DNA from: Patescibacteria group bacterium
GTDB lineage: Bacteria > Patescibacteriota > Microgenomatia > UBA1400 > PJMF01
Length of the DNA: 64,000 nucleotides
Assembly (NCBI GenBank): GCA_018830045.1
Contig: JAHJTF010000020.1
Span: forward strand, 4,667 to 68,666
Direction: 5' to 3'
Position 1 is the stretch's first letter. Each line of letters opens with the position of its first letter. The position numbers were made by a program, and so were the translations under genes. This document shows positions 58,603 to 64,000 of this stretch, in pieces. The notes beneath the pieces are model-generated. The model was not told where the DNA came from. It searched no databases and saw only the letters and a list, made by a program, of their open reading frames with translations.

Positions 58603-60049
58603 AAGCTATTCCTAAGAGCAACCACACAATACCACTAATTGGAATTGTTAACCACCAAGGATAAAACTGACTAACTAATAAATAACCCAAACACCCTAAA
58701 ATCAGTCCTTTTATAAGAATATTTTTTCCACTCACCAGCCAGCTGTATCCTTGGACTATTATTCTATATATAAATCTAATAAACAATAACAAACCCCCAA
58801 TTCCCAAAGCCGCTCCTACTTGAGCAAACAAATTATGAGCAGGAGTTGAATCATATAAATAAAATTCTGGTTTCCATTGATCTAAAATCTTATATTGATA
58901 CACATTAAGACCTAGACCCAAAGGCCTGGTAGCCATAAAGTGAGCAGCCATTTGTAAATGTCGCAAGCGATAAATTGCCCCGCCATCCTCTCTAAAAACT
59001 TGAGTCAGACTCATCAATCTATCTAGAATCATGGGTGCCAAGAAAATAATTAATAAACCTAAAATTATCCAGCCATATTTTTTTAACCAAACTGGCAACT
59101 GTACTTTGTTTTTCTTAATAATCAGTTGGTAGCTCACCAGAATCAACATCGCCCCGATCACCCAAGCTGCTCTACTGGCCGTTAAAATTAAGGCTAAACT
59201 ACCCACAACAAAACAGCTCATCATAAAACCCCGATGAAACCAAACTTTTTTGAAACTAAAAATAAACCACGATGGTAAGAACATGATCAAAATTGAAGAA
59301 GTCAAATTTGCATCCCAAAATATTCCTCCTGGTCTATATAAACTAGGAGATTCGTCGGCAAAACGACCAGCATATCCAGTATATTTTTCTTCAATTGCCA
59401 AACCAATGGGGCCACCATTGATTTTCTGTGCTACCACTAAACTAGCTAAAAACAAACCATAAATAAAAATTATTTCTAGTGTTTTTTTAGCCAAAGATTT
59501 GTCTTTAACTAAAGCCATAGCCAGAAATCCCATGGCAAACAACTTGGTTAATTGTAGTAACCAAAACCAAGATACTTCTGGTAATGGTGAGAGCAAAGAT
59601 GAAACTACCCCTAATGTTATAATTAGTAGCAGTGGCAAATAGGGAAAGGCATGAGGAATCTTAAAAGGCTTGCTGCCAGTCTTGAATCTACTTCTTACTA
59701 ATAAATAAAGTAATAAGATTAGTAACGCATCAGCAAAGGCTACAAAAAAAATAAGCTCGGGTTGCTTTAAGCCAAGTGCCGAATAATTGTCTGGAGCGAT
59801 GTAGGGTTTAATAAAGTATTTAGACTGTCTTAACAGATAAATACCAATAAAACCTAGCCACACTGAGTTTATTAATTCTTTATTTAAAAAATATATCACA
59901 ACAACTAATAACACCATCGCCAACAAGTAGGGTCGCAAAGTACCGATGTTCATTGATAATAAAATAAAAACAACATATACCCAAGACTCAGGTTCTAAAA
60001 TTCTTAAAAAAGATAAAAAAGAATTAGTAATTTTATGAAACATATGCAA
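58589..60049 (-). CDS. O-antigen ligase/polymerase family protein
   Basis: RPGGIF.DAN, TASRAAW, R..H, PLGLG, PAHN. Confidence 0.85.
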   Translation of the reverse strand: MHMFHKITNSFLSFLRILEPESWVYVVFILLSMNIGTLRPYLLAMVLLVVVIYFLNKELINSVWLGFIGIYLLRQSKYFIKPYIAPDNYSALGLKQPELIFFVAFADALLILLLYLLVRSRFKTGSKPFKIPHAFPYLPLLLIITLGVVSSLLSPLPEVSWFWLLQLTKLFAMGFLAMALVKDKSLAKKTLEIIFIYGLFLASLVVAQKINGGPIGLAIEEKYTGYAGRFADESPSLYRPGGIFWDANLTSSILIMFLPSWFIFSFKKVWFHRGFMMSCFVVGSLALILTASRAAWVIGAMLILVSYQLIIKKNKVQLPVWLKKYGWIILGLLIIFLAPMILDRLMSLTQVFREDGGAIYRLRHLQMAAHFMATRPLGLGLNVYQYKILDQWKPEFYLYDSTPAHNLFAQVGAALGIGGLLLFIRFIYRIIVQGYSWLVSGKNILIKGLILGCLGYLLVSQFYPWWLTIPISGIVWLLLGIAYAQS

Positions 60050-60787
60050 AAGAAAAGCTTTTATTTTTATGAAAGATGGCTCAACTCCTTAGGTTTATTC
60101 GATATTCTTAAAAAAATAATTGATGCAAAATGGATCAAACATTCACATTATAAATCTGATTTGTATAAATACTCAACTAGTCAATTTTTGATCCGACATT
60201 TCTTTGGCTACAATGGACACCAAGTTAATCACAATACAGGTAACTTGGGTTTCGGTTTCCTTCATTATGCTTTTATTATTGCCTCAAGGCCAGAGAGAAT
60301 TTTGTGTATTGGTTCTGAGCAAGGATTTATTCCTGCTATTTGCGCCCTAGCTTGCAAAGACAACAATAAGGGACATGTTGATTTTGTTGATGCGGGCAAA
60401 ACTAGCAAAAATAAAAATCATTGGGGTGGAACTGGATTCTGGAAAAAAAATAATCCCCAACTACACTTTTCAGTTCTAGAACTAGAAAATTGGATTACTC
60501 CTTATATCATGACTTCAAAGCAATTTGCAAAAAAATATCAATATAAATATGAGTATATTTTTATTGATGGAGACCATAGTTACCCCGGAGTAAAATTCGA
60601 TTATGAAACTTTCTGGCCCCGGTTGGCAACTGACGGAATGATGGGATTTCATGATATTAGTCTTAAGGGTCTTAATGGTCAAGATGAGTATGGCGTCTGG
60701 AAAATGTGGAAAGAATTAAATAAAAAACACAAACTATCCTTTGAGTATCTGGATAACAGTGTTGGATTCATCCAAAAAAACGAGTAA
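60035..60787 (+). CDS. Class I SAM-dependent methyltransferase (Methyltransf_24-like)
   Basis: ILCIGS..G, FIDGDHSY.GV..D, FHD. Confidence 0.8.
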   Translation: MKHMQKKSFYFYERWLNSLGLFDILKKIIDAKWIKHSHYKSDLYKYSTSQFLIRHFFGYNGHQVNHNTGNLGFGFLHYAFIIASRPERILCIGSEQGFIPAICALACKDNNKGHVDFVDAGKTSKNKNHWGGTGFWKKNNPQLHFSVLELENWITPYIMTSKQFAKKYQYKYEYIFIDGDHSYPGVKFDYETFWPRLATDGMMGFHDISLKGLNGQDEYGVWKMWKELNKKHKLSFEYLDNSVGFIQKNE

Positions 60788-60791
60788 GTAA

Positions 60792-62174
60792 CTAAACCCG
60801 TCGATAGTATCGATCTAAAACAAAGCGCAATAACCCACTTCTAACACCAAGCTTACCGGGAAACACTCCTCTTAATTTAAGTAAAAAAAATAACCAGTTT
60901 TTTTCTACTTTAATGATAAACTGTTTTTTAATCTTTTTTCTCAGTTTTTCAATATCTTTCCAGGTTTTACTTTGCAATTGGTAATAAAAGTACATTGGAG
61001 GGATACCCATAACTGGAGCAGTAAACTTTTCTAAATCTACATACGAAAGTAATGTAAAACCAGGAATTTTAACCCTGCTAGTATCTTGAGCTTGAGTAAT
61101 TAACCCAACTTGATCGGTATAAACAGCCTCAATTAACATACAGCCCGAAGGATGAATCTGTTTTTTTATAAGTTTTTTCCCTAGCAATAAATCAATAAAT
61201 AAGCTAGCTAAGTCTACATGATAAATTTCTTGATAGGTATCCAAAATCTTACCACCCGGAAGTCGGGCCGCTGCCTCCAATAAGATTGGGCCATTGGTGG
61301 TAAGTTTCATCTCGATGTGAAAACCGCAGTTGTCAAAACCCAAGGCTTTCATCACTTCAAAAGCTGCTTGCTTACACTTTTTTTTAACTATGGGGGAAAA
61401 TCTGGCTGGAATAAAAGTGGCGTTTTGTAATAAGTAAGGTCCCGAAGTAGCTTCGTACTCCGCAATGGTAGAAAAAATTATTTTTCCATTCTGAATCAAT
61501 CCATCACAACTAAAAACAGTTCCCTCAATATACTCCTCAAGTAAAAAATGTGATTTGGACGATTGATAGTACTTCATCCACTCATCAAAATTAGCATTTA
61601 GTTGTTTTCTGGCTAGAGTGTATTTTTCAATAAAATCATCTTTTAGTTGTTGTCTCGTCTTCCCTTCCACTTTCATCACTCCATAACTATGACCAGAGCG
61701 AACGGCTTTAATCACTACCGGTGATTTAAATTTTTTTAATGTCCACAGACCTTCACTGAGATTGTCAAAAAGAGCAAACTGAGGAGTTGGGATTCCATGC
61801 TGTTTGCAACAAAGCCTCATCAAAAACTTATTAGCAGAACTTCTCCTGGCTGCATCTGCACTTAAAAATATTTTACCAAGCGCCTCTGCCAAATCTGCGG
61901 TTTGAACGATATTCATTTCAAAAAAAGTTAAAACTGCATCAAACTCAATCTGGTGATTTTTCATATACTTAGCAACGTCACTAATCAGAACATCAGAATC
62001 ATAAGTATTAGTCATAATTACATTTGATGCCGGCACATAAGACTTTATCCACTCTGGATAATTAGCAAAAGTCGCCAAATAAATTGATAAACCTTTCTTA
62101 GCAGCCGCCTTGAAGGTATACTCCTTGTCAGGAGTGCCCCAGTTCACATAAAGAATATTGTGTGTTTTTGACAT
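60792..62174 (-). CDS. ATP-grasp ligase (L-amino-acid-ligase-like)
   Basis: NKFLMR, GIPTP, PVVIK, LEEYIEG, FHIEMK, LEAAARLPGG. Confidence 0.85.
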   Translation of the reverse strand: MSKTHNILYVNWGTPDKEYTFKAAAKKGLSIYLATFANYPEWIKSYVPASNVIMTNTYDSDVLISDVAKYMKNHQIEFDAVLTFFEMNIVQTADLAEALGKIFLSADAARRSSANKFLMRLCCKQHGIPTPQFALFDNLSEGLWTLKKFKSPVVIKAVRSGHSYGVMKVEGKTRQQLKDDFIEKYTLARKQLNANFDEWMKYYQSSKSHFLLEEYIEGTVFSCDGLIQNGKIIFSTIAEYEATSGPYLLQNATFIPARFSPIVKKKCKQAAFEVMKALGFDNCGFHIEMKLTTNGPILLEAAARLPGGKILDTYQEIYHVDLASLFIDLLLGKKLIKKQIHPSGCMLIEAVYTDQVGLITQAQDTSRVKIPGFTLLSYVDLEKFTAPVMGIPPMYFYYQLQSKTWKDIEKLRKKIKKQFIIKVEKNWLFFLLKLRGVFPGKLGVRSGLLRFVLDRYYRRV

Positions 62175-62180
62175 TTTATA

Positions 62181-63353
62181 ATGCTAAATAAACTCATTAC
62201 CACTTTAAAAATCGGATGTCGCTTGTGGCAAATAAAAAGCAAGTATCTTCCCAATGGTCATAAAAGTCTTCATGGTTCTTTTTATGTTAACAATAATCTT
62301 ACTGCCTATCTGAGTTATGTTTTATTTGTATATTTTAACCCATTACATTATGGGAAGTGGATAGAAAAGTTTCCACTAAAAACAAGCTCGCTAGCTGATT
62401 TAGAAATCGAAGTCTTCAAATCATTAATAACAACCTTCGGAGGCAACCTAGCTCATTGGACTGGTTTTATCAATAGTGGCGCTTCAGCGGGTAATTTTTA
62501 TGCTTTATTATTATGTCGAAATTGGTTTTTATCTCATGGATACAAAAAAATCACTCTTTATCACACACAATTAACTCATCACTCAATTACCAGCTCAGCC
62601 AAAATTTTAGGTTTCAAGATTGAGCAAATTGGACTTTCTGATCAATGGATAATGGAAGTAAGCGAGCTGAAAAAAAAGCTCTCAACTTTAAACAAAAATG
62701 AAGCTATTTGTATATTTTTAACCTGGGGATACAAACAAACTGGCACTACTGACAACCTAATTGCTGTTCAAAAAACCCTTAATGAGCTAAGGATTAATAA
62801 TCAGGTTAGTATTTGCCTAGATGCAGCCTTTGATGGCTTGGTTGCTCCTTTTTCACCAAAGTCAACAAAACCCCTAACCCTACCCTCATTATTCGCAATG
62901 ACTCTAGATTTTCATAAATATCTAGGGGTTCCGGCTCCAGCGGGCGGTATTTTACTACAGAAAAAATTTCTTCCTAAAGATAAGTTTATTGCCCAAGGTT
63001 TAACTGAAACCAAATCACTTTTGCCAGCTATTGCAGTTTGGTCGTCTTTGGTAGGAGATAGCCAAGTAGCTAGACTAAAAAAACAAGTAATAAAAGCACA
63101 GTCTCTGAGAAAATATTTTATTGATCAACTCAAAACTTCTTCTAATACTAAATTTATTTATCATCAAAACAATATTAATTTATTATTTTCTTGTAATCAA
63201 AAACAGTTTAATGAACTTCAAGCTGTTTCTAATCACTATCCCCTGCGTTGTTTTAAACAAAAAAATTCTTATTGGGTAAAAATTATCTTTTTACCGCAAC
63301 TAGATCAAACTAAAATAAATAACTTAATTAAGTTATTTAATGAGGCATCATGA
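62181..63353 (+). CDS. Group II PLP-dependent decarboxylase-like protein
   Basis: SGASAGN, THHS, G...TG.TD, DAAF, DFHKY (PLP lysine). Confidence 0.75.
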   Translation: MLNKLITTLKIGCRLWQIKSKYLPNGHKSLHGSFYVNNNLTAYLSYVLFVYFNPLHYGKWIEKFPLKTSSLADLEIEVFKSLITTFGGNLAHWTGFINSGASAGNFYALLLCRNWFLSHGYKKITLYHTQLTHHSITSSAKILGFKIEQIGLSDQWIMEVSELKKKLSTLNKNEAICIFLTWGYKQTGTTDNLIAVQKTLNELRINNQVSICLDAAFDGLVAPFSPKSTKPLTLPSLFAMTLDFHKYLGVPAPAGGILLQKKFLPKDKFIAQGLTETKSLLPAIAVWSSLVGDSQVARLKKQVIKAQSLRKYFIDQLKTSSNTKFIYHQNNINLLFSCNQKQFNELQAVSNHYPLRCFKQKNSYWVKIIFLPQLDQTKINNLIKLFNEAS

Positions 63354-64000
63354 ACTGGCGGCTAAAAATTTGTGATTATCATCAGCTGTTATTTCCTCAA
63401 CATCACAGCTATATACTATTTGAGGGAGATTCAATTTACCAACACTTAAGTGTAAAATACCAACCTCAAATTAATTTTTTAGGCATGTTTTCCAACGATA
63501 AGTTTATGGCTGGCTGTAACACTAAAACCAAACTTCCTTGGAACTCACCGTTTTTTTTAGTGGACTTTTATCTTAAGCAACCCAAAAAGTTTTTATTTTT
63601 AGGAGGGGGACCTTGTTGTGCTCCAACAGCTCTGTGGAAAAGAGACAACGACCGCTCCATATCAATTGATATTGTGGAGCAAGATCCATTAGTTCTAGAA
63701 CTTGCTGCTAAATTTTTTAATCTTCCTAAAGATCGCCGGATTAACATTCATCATACTCAAGCTCAGCAATTTCTTATTCAAAATAAAAAAAAGTATGATG
63801 CTATTTTTTTCGATTTGGGCTTTACTTATGAGCGCAGAAATGACAAAAAATATAGTTTTTGTGCTCAAAAATTCACTCTCAAGCAACTCAAGAAAGCCCT
63901 TACTCCTCAAGGAATAATCATCTACGTAGTAATTGCTCGTCGGCAATGTCATCAAAAACAATTTTTATGTGAGTTGTATCAACAGTTTAAAAAATTTTTT
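63350..64000 (+). CDS. Spermidine-synthase-like SAM-dependent transferase, 3'-partial (not in ORF track)
   Basis: ATGA overlap; open frame to window end with LFLGGG, IDIVEQDP.V...A.KFF, KYDAIFFD, ALTPQG. Confidence 0.75.
   Translation, partial: MNWRLKICDYHQLLFPQHHSYILFEGDSIYQHLSVKYQPQINFLGMFSNDKFMAGCNTKTKLPWNSPFFLVDFYLKQPKKFLFLGGGPCCAPTALWKRDNDRSISIDIVEQDPLVLELAAKFFNLPKDRRINIHHTQAQQFLIQNKKKYDAIFFDLGFTYERRNDKKYSFCAQKFTLKQLKKALTPQGIIIYVVIARRQCHQKQFLCELYQQFKKFF

Overview
Low-GC bacterial chromosome segment whose gene families and compact layout suggest a Patescibacteria/CPR (Microgenomates-like) genome; the taxonomy is an inference. Housekeeping content: tRNA-Met, groES-groEL with a CIRCE-like operator, a tsaC-tsaE fusion and tsaD, nrdR plus a class II ribonucleotide reductase with tandem NrdR boxes, three CMP-kinase-family genes, two class A PBPs around a GH18 gene, smpB, lepA, rpsT, murJ and pilN/pilO. 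A ~20 kb surface-glycan cluster follows (O-antigen ligases, glycosyltransferases, a carbamoyltransferase module, radical SAM, ATP-grasp, PLP decarboxylase). The standout is a ~10.3 kb island (5875-16219) between tsaCE and tsaD that is organised like an integron but is non-canonical. It has a 272-aa IntI-like tyrosine recombinase lacking the IntI-specific insertion, a divergent attI-like site (GTTAGCT core), and an array of mostly minus-strand cassettes (copper P1B-ATPase plus a membrane protein, small ORFs, a gene-less mini-cassette, GNAT). The cassettes are delimited by branched, TATA-box-containing attC-like palindromes with GNA loops on one strand, and the array is disrupted by two IS3 elements.
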